A DNA stretch of 55,505 bases from positions 1 through 55,505 of the IMG/VR virus record IMGVR_UViG_3300049259_000022. One strand, given 5' to 3'. Within the stretch, counting starts at the first letter, position 1. The number at the start of each line of letters is the position of its first letter. The translations under genes and the position numbers were made by a program. Shown here piece after piece: positions 9,189-18,211 of the stretch. The stretch is from a virus (Duplodnaviria; Caudoviricetes). The notes under the pieces were generated by a model. The model did not search any database, was not told where the DNA came from, and saw only the letters and a program-made list of their open reading frames with translations.

Positions 9189-9658
9189 TCCGGATGTACC
9201 TCCTTGTTCGACTTGGCGAATCTGCAATTCAGGCAGATTGCCGGATTCTCGTCCATCGGGTTATACTTGTGTGGCTTGACTCCAGCTTTGATGTGGGTCA
9301 GCTCGGCTAGAGAAGAGTGACCCTGACGACGGTTCTTCTTGTCTTCACCCAGGAGAAGTTCGGTCAGCTCATCAAAGCGTCTGTAGGTTCGTTCAGTACC
9401 GCCATCGATGGCGGCAGTGAGGGCCTCATGGAAGGTCTCGAGACCAGTTGCAACTGCTTCTGCTATCCGCGTATCGATCGCCTCCTGGGCGGCCGCCTCG
9501 AGTTCCTTGCGATATTGCTTGGCCTCCCGCATTACCTCGCGAACGCCCTGGATTGCCTCGTTGGCCTCTCGGGTCGCTTCCTTGATAGCGGCGAGCTTCT
9601 TGTCGAGCTGAGTGAGCAAGCCGTCCGGATCGATACCTCCTGGATTTTTTCGAGACAT
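9185..9658 (-). CDS. coiled-coil protein with C-terminal H..CxxC..H motif
   Basis: Heptad-like N-terminal half; HKY...CLNC...H. Confidence 0.65.
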   Translation of the reverse strand: MSRKNPGGIDPDGLLTQLDKKLAAIKEATREANEAIQGVREVMREAKQYRKELEAAAQEAIDTRIAEAVATGLETFHEALTAAIDGGTERTYRRFDELTELLLGEDKKNRRQGHSSLAELTHIKAGVKPHKYNPMDENPAICLNCRFAKSNKEVHPE

Positions 9659-9963
9659 CAGTGCACGAACCCTCTCTCGTAGTACTTGTATCCCTTGTAG
9701 CGTAGGAACCGGATGATCTCACGTTCTGAGCAACGCCATTCAGGCTTTGCTCCATGGGGGGCGATGTTGCGAAAGACGATTCGATCTGATGTTGGAACGC
9801 CGATCGACCGTCCCTCCCAGTGGGCGTATTCCAGCTTGACGTATTTTTCGGAGACAGCCAGAAGCATAGCTACCTGATCGAGGGTATACAGGAACGGGCG
9901 AGTGGGCAGGCCAACCGAGACGCGATCCGATTCGGACTGGTTACCTGGCCTTATCTCGGTCAC
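9658..9963 (-). CDS. helix-turn-helix DNA-binding protein (excisionase-like)
   Basis: LYTLDQVAMLLAVSEKYV...WRCSEREIIRFL. Confidence 0.65.
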   Translation of the reverse strand: MTEIRPGNQSESDRVSVGLPTRPFLYTLDQVAMLLAVSEKYVKLEYAHWEGRSIGVPTSDRIVFRNIAPHGAKPEWRCSEREIIRFLRYKGYKYYERGFVH

Positions 9964-10643
9964 CGATAACCTCGATCCGCCTTAGCCTTGTTGATTCGGC
10001 GATCCTGTTCCCACTTGTACTTCATGAAGTCGATCCCCTTCTCGCGACCAATGGCCGTAAATCCACCGAACGCAAGAGGATCCTGCTTGAGCATTGCGAA
10101 GTTGTACTTCATCCAGCGAAGTACTACCTCACGAATCGCGCCGACAGATGGTGGCTCATGCTCGTTGATCTGGGTTGCGATAAAGCTCAGTGGGAGATTG
10201 ACTGGGCCATCTCCACGGTCCCAGTCGTTGCACACCTTCATTACTTCAGCCTCGAGCTGTCCGCGTGCGCGATACCCGGACGGGGTCGGCGCGAATGCCC
10301 GCTCAGAGGACCGTGACGCGTCCTCTACGGTCCATTCACCATTCCCTGGGGTAGCGGTAGTGTCCCCGTCCCGCTCGGCCCGCAGCGCGGCCAGGAATTC
10401 CGGCGATGGCATCCAGAATGGTGACACTGACGGTTCATATTCCGGATTGACCGCCAGTACTCGCTCGATACCTGCCATCTCGCACATCTCGGAAAGCTCT
10501 TGGTGGCAGTGGCAGGGACACGTCAGCCAGTATTCACAGGTCTTGAGAGGCTTACCTGAAGGACTCTTCGGCCGCTGTCCTTCATGCTGGCCAACAGTAC
10601 AGAAGCCGGATCGCATCTTGGACTTCACGATAACGCTTGTCAC
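9960..10643 (-). CDS. Cys/His-rich N-terminus plus winged-helix-like domain protein
   Basis: CPCHCH cluster; C-terminal RGQLEAEV...IATQI...PPSVGAI, shared with 27910..28869 and 33223..34014. Confidence 0.65.
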   Translation of the reverse strand: MTSVIVKSKMRSGFCTVGQHEGQRPKSPSGKPLKTCEYWLTCPCHCHQELSEMCEMAGIERVLAVNPEYEPSVSPFWMPSPEFLAALRAERDGDTTATPGNGEWTVEDASRSSERAFAPTPSGYRARGQLEAEVMKVCNDWDRGDGPVNLPLSFIATQINEHEPPSVGAIREVVLRWMKYNFAMLKQDPLAFGGFTAIGREKGIDFMKYKWEQDRRINKAKADRGYR

Positions 10644-10822
10644 TAACCTCTCCTCAGAAGAATCGCTGCTTCGAACCCAGGCTGACGCTGTCGGGTGATC
10701 TCGGTCACCCGGTAGATATGATCCTCGGCTGCCATGTAGACCTGTTGGCGGATGACTGGCATATCCTTGAACTCGACAACCCTGTTATTTAGATCGCGGG
10801 GCATTCTCACGAAGATCTTCAC
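10643..10822 (-). CDS. small hypothetical protein (59 aa)
   Basis: Manual translation VKIFVRMPRDL...LLRRG*; fills the gap exactly with 1-bp overlaps at both ends. Confidence 0.55.
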   Translation of the reverse strand: MKIFVRMPRDLNNRVVEFKDMPVIRQQVYMAAEDHIYRVTEITRQRQPGFEAAILLRRG

Positions 10823-11658
10823 TAGAACTCGACCGCCTTCTTCATGGCTTCCATCTGCGTCTCGGTGTAGATCTGTGTTGTCGTGATCGAGGCATGACCC
10901 AGGAGTTCCTGAACGACTCGGATGTCCTTCGTGTTCATCTGGATGATAGTCGCGAACGTAGCGCGCAGGTCATGACTTGCAATCTCGCACTTGAGACCTG
11001 CGGTCCGACCCATGCGCGTTACAAGACTCCGTGCGGCACGATCCGAGATGGGGCACAGGAGACTGTTATCCTCGAAGGACTCCACGACCGCGCCCATGAT
11101 GGCGGACCAGGCGACGGGTGACACCGGCACATAGCGAACCTTGTCACCCTTGCCATAGACGGTCAGGATCATCGTCTGGATGTTCAGATGGGACGGGCGG
11201 ACCCTCCGTGCCTCGCCTACCCGTAGCCCAACGAGACCACACAGGCCGATGATCGCCTCTTCGTGACAGGACTTAGCTACCGCCAGCAATGACTGGAGGG
11301 ACGACAGGAGCCCCGGGATTGGGTGAGGCAGGGATCGAGGGGGCGTCGGAGCTTTGTACTTCACTAGGACTGGTGGGATCTCCGCCCAGGTAGCTAGGCT
11401 CTTCAGACTCGTGATACGCCTTCTCGTAGTCCTCGGAGAAGCGATCTTCCTCTGGATCGCCAGCCATTCCCGACTCTTCTGATCCAATTCCTCCATCGGC
11501 AGCATCACCATCTGAGGCTTCACTCCCTGTTGCTGCGCCACCCACTCCAGGAACATCCTCAGATCCGACTCGTACCCCTTCGCCGTCGCTTCCGCTAGGC
11601 CATCGTCTAATAACGAACTGCGGTACTTGGCGATAATTTCTTGGGTTAACGTCGTCAC
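10822..11658 (-). CDS. XerC/XerD-like tyrosine recombinase
   Basis: GLRVGE, GKGDKVRYVP, HDLRATFAT and LLGHASITTTQIYT give the full catalytic set. Start GTG 11658 after GGAGA; ~278 aa with no arm-binding extension. Confidence 0.92.
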   Translation of the reverse strand: MTTLTQEIIAKYRSSLLDDGLAEATAKGYESDLRMFLEWVAQQQGVKPQMVMLPMEELDQKSREWLAIQRKIASPRTTRRRITSLKSLATWAEIPPVLVKYKAPTPPRSLPHPIPGLLSSLQSLLAVAKSCHEEAIIGLCGLVGLRVGEARRVRPSHLNIQTMILTVYGKGDKVRYVPVSPVAWSAIMGAVVESFEDNSLLCPISDRAARSLVTRMGRTAGLKCEIASHDLRATFATIIQMNTKDIRVVQELLGHASITTTQIYTETQMEAMKKAVEF

Positions 11659-12019
11659 CAGATGTCTCCAATGCTTCTCGGGCTTCTCTGTCCCGGAGTT
11701 GAACAACAGGCCTCGCCCATTGAAAGGCGAGGTCCAGCAGCTGTTGAAGCTCGTCGAGCTCGCGCTCATTGAGGTTCGTCAGCATGAGCGTGATACCACT
11801 TCTGGCCCTGGTCGGATTGAACTGCACATGCACATTGTCACCCACACCGAAGTGAGAGTAAGTAGTAAGCGGAGTGCCATCCTCGGCGAACAGGTTTGCC
11901 GGATCCTGAACGAAGACAATAGTCTCGCCTTCGTAGTTATTGACCCAGGCGTATCGCTCGTCTAGCTTCTCGCGAGGAGGACGACGAGGACCTGGTTTCC
12001 ACCTTCTATTGACGGGCAC
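11273..12019 (-). CDS. hypothetical protein whose C-terminal half overprints the recombinase gene
   Basis: RBS AGGAG before GTG 12019; ordered-looking N-half and acidic low-complexity tail. Confidence 0.6.
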   Translation of the reverse strand: MPVNRRWKPGPRRPPREKLDERYAWVNNYEGETIVFVQDPANLFAEDGTPLTTYSHFGVGDNVHVQFNPTRARSGITLMLTNLNERELDELQQLLDLAFQWARPVVQLRDREAREALETSGDDVNPRNYRQVPQFVIRRWPSGSDGEGVRVGSEDVPGVGGAATGSEASDGDAADGGIGSEESGMAGDPEEDRFSEDYEKAYHESEEPSYLGGDPTSPSEVQSSDAPSIPASPNPGAPVVPPVIAGGS

Positions 12020-12027
12020 AGGAACTC

Positions 12028-12237
12028 CTATAGCTGGTAGGCGGGCGCGTCATGTGAAGCAAGATTCCACACTGGATCCTTACCGAGGCATTCTGGACAT
12101 AGCCAGTGTGTGGTGCGAGATTTGATGACCCTCGCTCCGGAGCCGGGCGGCAGGAACTGAACTCTTACGACCGTAATCTGCTCGCGAGGAAAGATCTGAT
12201 TGCATGCTGTGCACTTGTATGGCTTTCGGTAAGCCAT
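12028..12237 (-). CDS. small zinc-finger protein
   Basis: CTAC...CPEC. Confidence 0.65.
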   Translation of the reverse strand: MAYRKPYKCTACNQIFPREQITVVRVQFLPPGSGARVIKSRTTHWLCPECLGKDPVWNLASHDAPAYQL

Positions 12238-12854
12238 TAGAGACTTCCTAGGCCACTGGCTGCAGAACCAGCCTTAGTGTTAGCAGCTCCACGATTCCAC
12301 ATGCAGACGATGCACGAGCTGGTCTGTAACTTACTGAGCAGATCCCACATTCGCATCATCGGCTTGTCGTCCAGGAAGGGCGCGAGGAAGTTGAGCTCGT
12401 TCTGCGTGCTCATCTTATGAGACGGACCATTGCAGTTGCCGAATCGATCACCAACCTGATAAACGACCTGGCTGTCAACAAACTCCTGAGTCGTCTCGTA
12501 GATTGAGACGATCGCATCCTCGGGATTCAGCATCATAAGGAAGTGTTCGCCCTCCGTGGTCGGGAGGTGAATGGATCGAGTGCCGTAGCTGTTCAGTGGA
12601 GAACTAACCGCGACATCGAAGCTGCCCACTTTCTCCTCGGTAAGCTCTTTTGATCCACCTTCCCCTAGACCGGCCCAGTTAGGAAACTCTCCGGCCATAG
12701 GGAGGCGAACAAGACCTTCTGGAATGACGAGTTCCTCCGGAGGGGCGGATGTCATGAGATCGAAGGTGTGCACGCAAGCTATGAGTCCGTCACATGAAAT
12801 CATGTCGCACACCAGAGCTGTGCCATCTCCGATTGACTGCCAACTAACAGTCAC
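12237..12854 (-). CDS. hypothetical protein
   Basis: 205 aa, several Cys/His pairs, coupled start and stop. Confidence 0.6.
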   Translation of the reverse strand: MTVSWQSIGDGTALVCDMISCDGLIACVHTFDLMTSAPPEELVIPEGLVRLPMAGEFPNWAGLGEGGSKELTEEKVGSFDVAVSSPLNSYGTRSIHLPTTEGEHFLMMLNPEDAIVSIYETTQEFVDSQVVYQVGDRFGNCNGPSHKMSTQNELNFLAPFLDDKPMMRMWDLLSKLQTSSCIVCMWNRGAANTKAGSAASGLGSL

Positions 12855-13081
12855 AGGTACGTACTCCAGTCTTCAGGATTGAGACCCATTCGCCTGAGGG
12901 TCCTTTTGAGCCAGGCTACATCGCCGCCCAGTCGGTGCATCCGTACGTAATTGCGGATGACGAGCTGGCGACGGATGGCATCGACATTGCGCGGCACGGA
13001 TTGACGGGTCGTCGCCTCCTCGAATGAGATGACATCCTTGCGATCCAGTCTGCGTCTGGGAGGTTTAGGATTCTGACGCAT
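12851..13081 (-). CDS. small basic hypothetical protein
   Basis: Overlaps neighbours in operon fashion. Confidence 0.55.
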   Translation of the reverse strand: MRQNPKPPRRRLDRKDVISFEEATTRQSVPRNVDAIRRQLVIRNYVRMHRLGGDVAWLKRTLRRMGLNPEDWSTYL

Positions 13082-13568
13082 TGCGCTTCCTCCACTCGAC
13101 CAGGCGCTTCATGATGCTCTTTGGTACCTTGGCATCAATTCGATCGCGATGCTTACGCTGATCGTCGACCGACAGGAGACCAGCGTCATTCAGTGCACGG
13201 ATCGCATCGCGGAGCATCACCTCATCGCCGTCCAGGATGATGGGCTCGATCTCGACAGGCTTGTCGGAATTGAAGTAAACGAATGCCTGCGACTCGACCT
13301 TGATCTCGCCTACTCCTGTCGGCATGACGATCGGTCGCTGCTTTTTCATCTCTTCGTCGAATCGCTCCCTAAAGTCCTCCACTGTAGGAGGATTGTCGTC
13401 GTCAAACGGTTCTTGCCACTTGTCAGGGACGGGCAATACTGGGGACGACTGGGATGGCAGGAACTGTGGCTGGAACGATGGGGACTTGTGTGGGAGCTGG
13501 TTGGTCTTCTTCTGACTCAGAGTATCCTCCGGAAACAGGGAGGAGTCCGGCGAGTTCTTCTTCGACAC
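13065..13568 (-). CDS. hypothetical protein
   Basis: 167-aa ORF; start uncertain. Confidence 0.55.
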   Translation of the reverse strand: MSKKNSPDSSLFPEDTLSQKKTNQLPHKSPSFQPQFLPSQSSPVLPVPDKWQEPFDDDNPPTVEDFRERFDEEMKKQRPIVMPTGVGEIKVESQAFVYFNSDKPVEIEPIILDGDEVMLRDAIRALNDAGLLSVDDQRKHRDRIDAKVPKSIMKRLVEWRKRNASES

Positions 13569-13800
13569 GGTGAATCAGTCTCCAGTCTTGCTGTCCCTTG
13601 TCACGCTTTTCGACAAGCATGACCTTCGTCCTTGGGTACCATTTGTTGACTTGAGCGACGTAGTCGATAGCCGCTTCGTCTTCCTGTGGAACACTCGACA
13701 CATGGAGAACTACGAAGTTAATGCTGGTGTAGCGGTACCCGCATTGAGCTCCGAGTGGTACTCGATACGTCTTGTCCACAAAGTCACTGAGGAATGTCAC
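13423..13800 (-). CDS. hypothetical protein
   Basis: GTGA overlap with the upstream stop. Confidence 0.5.
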   Translation of the reverse strand: MTFLSDFVDKTYRVPLGAQCGYRYTSINFVVLHVSSVPQEDEAAIDYVAQVNKWYPRTKVMLVEKRDKGQQDWRLIHRVEEELAGLLPVSGGYSESEEDQPAPTQVPIVPATVPAIPVVPSIARP

Positions 13801-14315
13801 CTGAACGCCTCCACATCCTGGACAGAAACCTTATAGAGGTTGGCCAGTGTGTTTGCATCGAAGCCTGCGGCCAGGCCGTTGCGGATCTGCTTCTCAGTCT
13901 CAGCTGAAACGTTCGGCTTGCTGATATTCTTGAAGCCTTGCGGGGCGCGCAAGATGGGCAGCGGATTGTATCCGTTGCAGCCCACCGTATCAGGCATTGG
14001 CTCGCCAGTTGATGCCGCCTGATAGCGACGCAGGGCATGCTTGGCTACCGCGTTTGGCGCGTCATACCAGGGTGCCGACCATTGCTGGATAGCAAAGGCG
14101 ATCCCGCGCATCTCGCCCTGGAGGGATGTAAGTTCTCTGGCTTCAGCCCAAGGTGCCGTTACGGATGGTGTCATGACAGCTTTTTTGCTGAGGTACTCAG
14201 CGAGGAGCTCGTCCATCTTGTACCAGAGGATCTCGAACATCGTCGGTCCTACCTTCTGGTAGGTAATGGTATCGGAAGCCTTCACAACTCTTCCGATGTC
14301 TGTTGGCTGCGGCAC
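13797..14315 (-). CDS. protein with C-terminal helix-turn-helix
   Basis: SAETEKQIRNGLAAGFDANTLANLYKVSVQDV has an HTH pattern; RBS AAGGAG. Confidence 0.7.
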   Translation of the reverse strand: MPQPTDIGRVVKASDTITYQKVGPTMFEILWYKMDELLAEYLSKKAVMTPSVTAPWAEARELTSLQGEMRGIAFAIQQWSAPWYDAPNAVAKHALRRYQAASTGEPMPDTVGCNGYNPLPILRAPQGFKNISKPNVSAETEKQIRNGLAAGFDANTLANLYKVSVQDVEAFR

Positions 14316-14367
14316 GGGTCTCCTTAACTCGCTAAGGGTAAAAATATACTACCGAAATTTTCCAAAC

Positions 14368-14383
14368 ATGATAGCACTATCAT
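14368..14383. promoter_or_regulatory. palindromic operator-like site ATGATAG-CA-CTATCAT
   Basis: Perfect 7-bp arms in an AT-rich intergenic patch; related copies at 36399-36411 and 36872-36883. Confidence 0.55.
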
Positions 14384-14392
14384 TGAGTCTAA

Positions 14393-14670
14393 CGAAAGCC
14401 GGAACCACCTGACGAGAAGGTCCCCGTGAGGGGCTCCGGTTGGTTCCGGCTTTCGGTCAGCAGTTTCGAGCTTGGCTAGCACGCTCCAGGGAAGTGCTGA
14501 CTCAACCTGACCACTATGAGTTTTACGAGTCATCCTTTACAGGGACTTCTCGCGCCCCCGCGCCGTTGGTCAACAAGCTTGGGGCAGGACCGGTACAGTG
14601 GTCATCGGTCCTGTCTGACACTGCCTGCTGTGGCCGCACGGGGTCTGTGAGACGGCACGAGCAGGCAGTG
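14393..14670 (-). ncRNA. candidate structured non-coding RNA(s)
   Basis: No credible ORF; consecutive stems 14393-14407/14441-14455, a multibranch segment ~14468-14580, 14585-14613, and 14619-14629/14660-14670. Confidence 0.4.
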
Positions 14671-14672
14671 AA

Positions 14673-15086
14673 TCAGGCAGCGGCTGGTTCCGCTTCGGCC
14701 TTCGCGGTCGACTTCTTGTGATCGTGTCCGAGCTTGTCGTGGTTCAGATCGGTGTTATGCCAGGCCAGCGCCTGCTCTGGCGTCATGGCCTCGATGGCCT
14801 CGACCTCGTAGCCGTGGCGGTCCACGAGGTGCTGACGGATGTTGTCGAGGCTGGCGGGCAGCATGGACTTGCGCGTGATCTTCTTGACCACGGCCGCCGC
14901 CTCGATCGAATCGATGTCAGACGGCAGGACGATGATGGAACCCTTACCCTTGGGCTTGAAGGCGACACCCATCGTGGACGCAGCCTCAACCTTGCCCTCG
15001 CCGGACGACGCGGCATACTCGCCAGTCAGGACGATGTTGACATTCTTGCCAGCGTAGTCGGCGAGTGTGTTCGGGTCGACAGACAT
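14673..15086 (-). CDS. hypothetical protein, possible Sm/LSm-like N-terminal domain with His-rich C-terminus
   Basis: LADYAGKNVNIVL...EGKVEAA...IIVLPSDIDSIE resembles the Sm/SH3-like pattern; RBS AAGGAG; strongly biased codons. Confidence 0.65.
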   Translation of the reverse strand: MSVDPNTLADYAGKNVNIVLTGEYAASSGEGKVEAASTMGVAFKPKGKGSIIVLPSDIDSIEAAAVVKKITRKSMLPASLDNIRQHLVDRHGYEVEAIEAMTPEQALAWHNTDLNHDKLGHDHKKSTAKAEAEPAAA

Positions 15087-15117
15087 ATCTTTTCTCCTTG
15101 GAGGCGACGTTACTTCG

Positions 15118-15190
15118 TGGCGGGAGTGGGTCTCGATCCCACGACTTCCGGATTATGGGTCCGGCGTTCTGCCTGCTGAACTATCCCGCG
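15118..15190 (-). tRNA. tRNA-Met(CAT), atypical initiator-like
   Basis: Cloverleaf: acceptor GCGGGA/TCCCGC with C1xC72, D stem GTTC/GAAC, anticodon stem CCGGA/TCCGG with loop CCCATAA, T stem GTGGG/CCCAC. Confidence 0.85.
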
Positions 15191-15304
15191 TCATCGTCGG
15201 AGGATGACTACGGGTAGCCCGCAACCGCCACCCCAGGCATCCTCCGACGGGGCAATCATGCCCGATCACCCCGCATCCGTCCAGCCACGAGCGGGCGTCG
15301 GGTG

Positions 15305-18211
15305 CTATCGGTGTATTCGGGTTAGTTCGCCCTCAAGGTGCTTGACGACTTTACCAATGTCACCCTTGTTGTCGATCCGTACAGTGTCCAGGCCATAACT
15401 CTTGGGTGAATCAGTTCCGACTCCTACACCAACGAGCACGATACCCAAACGCTTATAGGTTTCGATCTCGCGCTTGAGGACTTCGAGCTCATCCTCGTAG
15501 TTTGCCGCAGGCATCTCGCCATCAGTGTAGTACAGCAAGATCTTGTCGGTCGCATCAGTCATCATCAGACGCTTCCGCAGGAACTCGAGATTGTGGCCGT
15601 CCAGGTTGGTCTCAACGGCGTGCAGCCAGGAGAGACCTTCCTGTTGCTTCTCGTTCCACGGATCAGTCCAGCCCTTGATCTGATTCATCACCATTTCGAA
15701 GTCTGGCTCTACGTCATCGTTACCCTTACGACGAGCTTGCATGTACGCCTCGCCAACCTCGGCAGTGTGCGCCCAGACCTCGAAGGCGATACCCATACGG
15801 TGCAGGAGTTCAGACTGGGCGAACATTGCCTGCTTCGTGACCACCATCGTCTTGCCGAGGTGCTGCGACCAGGAACAATCACCAGCGACGATGACTGCAT
15901 AGTCACGCTTCTTCGGACGATCCCGCTTCTTGTAGAGACGATCGTCGTCACCCTTCCAGGCGCGCTTGCCGAGCGCTCGCCCATCGAGCTTACCTCGCTT
16001 GAGGTTGCGCGCATCTCGAGTACGCCTGTTATCCGAGAATACCCTACTCATCTCGAACATGGCTGGCTGCAGGATGTCTTCCGGAGTCCGGAGTATGTCC
16101 CACTGGTCGCGACCCTGACGGTCCGTACCTCCGATGCGGATAGTCAGGTCGATGGATTCACGCATGCCTTTCCAGGCTTCACACCGTCTGTCATCCTTCG
16201 GCCAGGTATAGACCCTAAGGTTGGAAACGCTAGCCGTTGGCGCATCGAAGTGCTTGTTCTGCACGATCGCCTTATCGACGGCCTGTTCTACGGCAGGGTC
16301 TGCACCCTGTAAGGCTGGCATATGCTCATCGTCATCGTGAGTGTGTCCAGTGAAGTCCTGGATCAACTCAGCAACATCATCAGCGGAACCGTGGTCAGGA
16401 AGATCCTCTGATTCTGGCTCAGGAGTTCCTGTTCCACTATCTCCGCTGAGACTCGCCTCTGTATTCGGTGCGACGTTTGCCTCATCAGGAGTGGCCAGGT
16501 CCGAAGTCGTTTCGCCTGATCCATCATCGTCAACTGGCGATCCAGGGTCGCCAGATCCCACAGACTCAGATCCTGACTCAGATTGAGGAGCAGGTGAACC
16601 TCCCGCCTCGCTTCCGGTTTGATCAGCTCCATCTGTAGACTCTCGTCCAGGATCCTCCAGAGGTTCAGCTGGTCCGGCCTCGGTGGAATCGGATACGTCG
16701 TCTCCTTGATCACTTTCGTCAGACGCGCCGCCATCGCCTCCGGTCCCGGAAGGATCAGCTTGTTCTTCAGGTTCGGTTCGAGTACCTTCTCCTGGTGAAT
16801 CTTCTGCATCGCTTCCAGGATCAGGTTCTGCTTCTGAGGTAGGGTCAGCTTCTTCTTCTTCGGAGGGTTCGCCTGAGCCTCCACCAGCTTCTCCAGGCTC
16901 GCTACCTCGTTCCCCAGCTTCACCAGGATCTTCGCCGTCTCCGTCGCTGTCTGATCCGCTGCTTGATGGCTTGGGAACTCCAGCGTCTGAAGTCTCGCAA
17001 GATCCTTCGTCATGCTCTGTGCTCGGAGTTCCAGATCCGTCCAGATCCTCGTCACCTGTTGATCCGTTCCCGGACCCACCAGGATCTTGTTCAGTGCCGT
17101 CTGCGCCTTCTTTAGATGATTCCTCAAACCCTCCATCGTCAGCGGAACTACCCTGATCGCTGGAGTCATCAGCTGTCCCTTCGTCCCCTTCGGAGGAGTC
17201 ACTGCCACCTGATTCTTCCTTTGGCTCGGGTTCATCCTTGTCATCTTGCTCTTCGTCCTGTGGCGGGTCAGGCGGTGGCGGCGGTGGCTCGTATGGAGGA
17301 GGTTCTGGCATATCTTCGGGTGGCTCGCAGTAACCAAGCTCCCAGAGGCGTACGAGGCACTCAATGGTGAGCGCTGCGATCTCGAGCGCACTGCCGGATC
17401 GGTTGACTCGAAGGCAGACATCCTGCAGGATCGGATCTTCAAGATCCTGTTTAACCTTGTCGTGAAGCTCGCCTAGACCAAACCCCTCAGCCTTCCAAAG
17501 CAATCCGATGATGATCTGAGCATTGAGTGGGCGCTCGGACCAGCGGATCACCTCGCCGTCCAGGTCTACGGACCCTACTGTCGACATACGCTCGGCTGCA
17601 GACGCGAACATCTTACGAACGCCAGGACGAGCCTGGAACATCTTAATATCGATCCGAGCGTCCTCGAGAGCCATGATCGTCAGGCCAAGGAACGGTGACA
17701 TCTTGAACATCATCACCTGAGGATCATCGCCCCACTGAACCTTACGCATGCCTGCTTCTAGGTGCGCTCGGGCGATGGGGTTCTGTGCGTACATCACGGC
17801 GCGACGAAGTGCAGTCTGCTGCTGATCGGGCGTGGACTTCTGAAATGACCCTCCGACGATATGCGAGATCTCGTGAGTGATGCTTCTCTCGACCATCTCC
17901 CTGGCCGAGCAGGCGGGGCAGGTCAGGTGTCCAGCGGCGTTCCGGCGGTCGCACTGGTTGCGGATGTGCGGGGACGGATCGCCTAGCAACAGCGGGGGAC
18001 GGTAGTAGATCGTGGTGCCGTCCGTGCGGGGTGTACCGCCCGACAGCACCACGCGTACGGCCGGATTACCGGTCAGAACGCGAGCGAACGCGGTCCACAG
18101 GTATTCCATGTTCTGGAAGGTCTTAACTGCCCGTCGAGCCCACTCGTCTCGCTCTTCAGGAGCCAACCGCTCGATGCGGTCAGTGAGATGGAGCTCAAGT
18201 GTGTCGGTCAC
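15305..18211 (-). CDS. CobT-like vWA domain protein with N-terminal HExxH domain and long acidic linker
   Basis: TDGTTIY...THEISH...LEDARID N-domain; MIDAS DCSWS and YTDG; ~300-aa D/E/G/S/P-rich linker. Confidence 0.85.
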   Translation of the reverse strand: MTDTLELHLTDRIERLAPEERDEWARRAVKTFQNMEYLWTAFARVLTGNPAVRVVLSGGTPRTDGTTIYYRPPLLLGDPSPHIRNQCDRRNAAGHLTCPACSAREMVERSITHEISHIVGGSFQKSTPDQQQTALRRAVMYAQNPIARAHLEAGMRKVQWGDDPQVMMFKMSPFLGLTIMALEDARIDIKMFQARPGVRKMFASAAERMSTVGSVDLDGEVIRWSERPLNAQIIIGLLWKAEGFGLGELHDKVKQDLEDPILQDVCLRVNRSGSALEIAALTIECLVRLWELGYCEPPEDMPEPPPYEPPPPPPDPPQDEEQDDKDEPEPKEESGGSDSSEGDEGTADDSSDQGSSADDGGFEESSKEGADGTEQDPGGSGNGSTGDEDLDGSGTPSTEHDEGSCETSDAGVPKPSSSGSDSDGDGEDPGEAGERGSEPGEAGGGSGEPSEEEEADPTSEAEPDPGSDAEDSPGEGTRTEPEEQADPSGTGGDGGASDESDQGDDVSDSTEAGPAEPLEDPGRESTDGADQTGSEAGGSPAPQSESGSESVGSGDPGSPVDDDGSGETTSDLATPDEANVAPNTEASLSGDSGTGTPEPESEDLPDHGSADDVAELIQDFTGHTHDDDEHMPALQGADPAVEQAVDKAIVQNKHFDAPTASVSNLRVYTWPKDDRRCEAWKGMRESIDLTIRIGGTDRQGRDQWDILRTPEDILQPAMFEMSRVFSDNRRTRDARNLKRGKLDGRALGKRAWKGDDDRLYKKRDRPKKRDYAVIVAGDCSWSQHLGKTMVVTKQAMFAQSELLHRMGIAFEVWAHTAEVGEAYMQARRKGNDDVEPDFEMVMNQIKGWTDPWNEKQQEGLSWLHAVETNLDGHNLEFLRKRLMMTDATDKILLYYTDGEMPAANYEDELEVLKREIETYKRLGIVLVGVGVGTDSPKSYGLDTVRIDNKGDIGKVVKHLEGELTRIHR

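Noticed and set aside
10822-11658. Classical integrase/attP/repressor lysogeny cassette
   Set aside because: No intergenic space for attP beside the gene, no divergent repressor and no arm-binding domain; temperate lifestyle is not established from this window.
14393-14455. Hammerhead ribozyme suggested by CTGACGAG and CGAAA
   Set aside because: Order and spacing do not allow stems I-III, and the GAAA lies inside a long perfect stem.
16363-17442. 359-aa alternative-frame ORF inside the vWA gene
   Set aside because: Arises from the low-complexity acidic linker; no start context or motif, though translation cannot be excluded without ribosome profiling.
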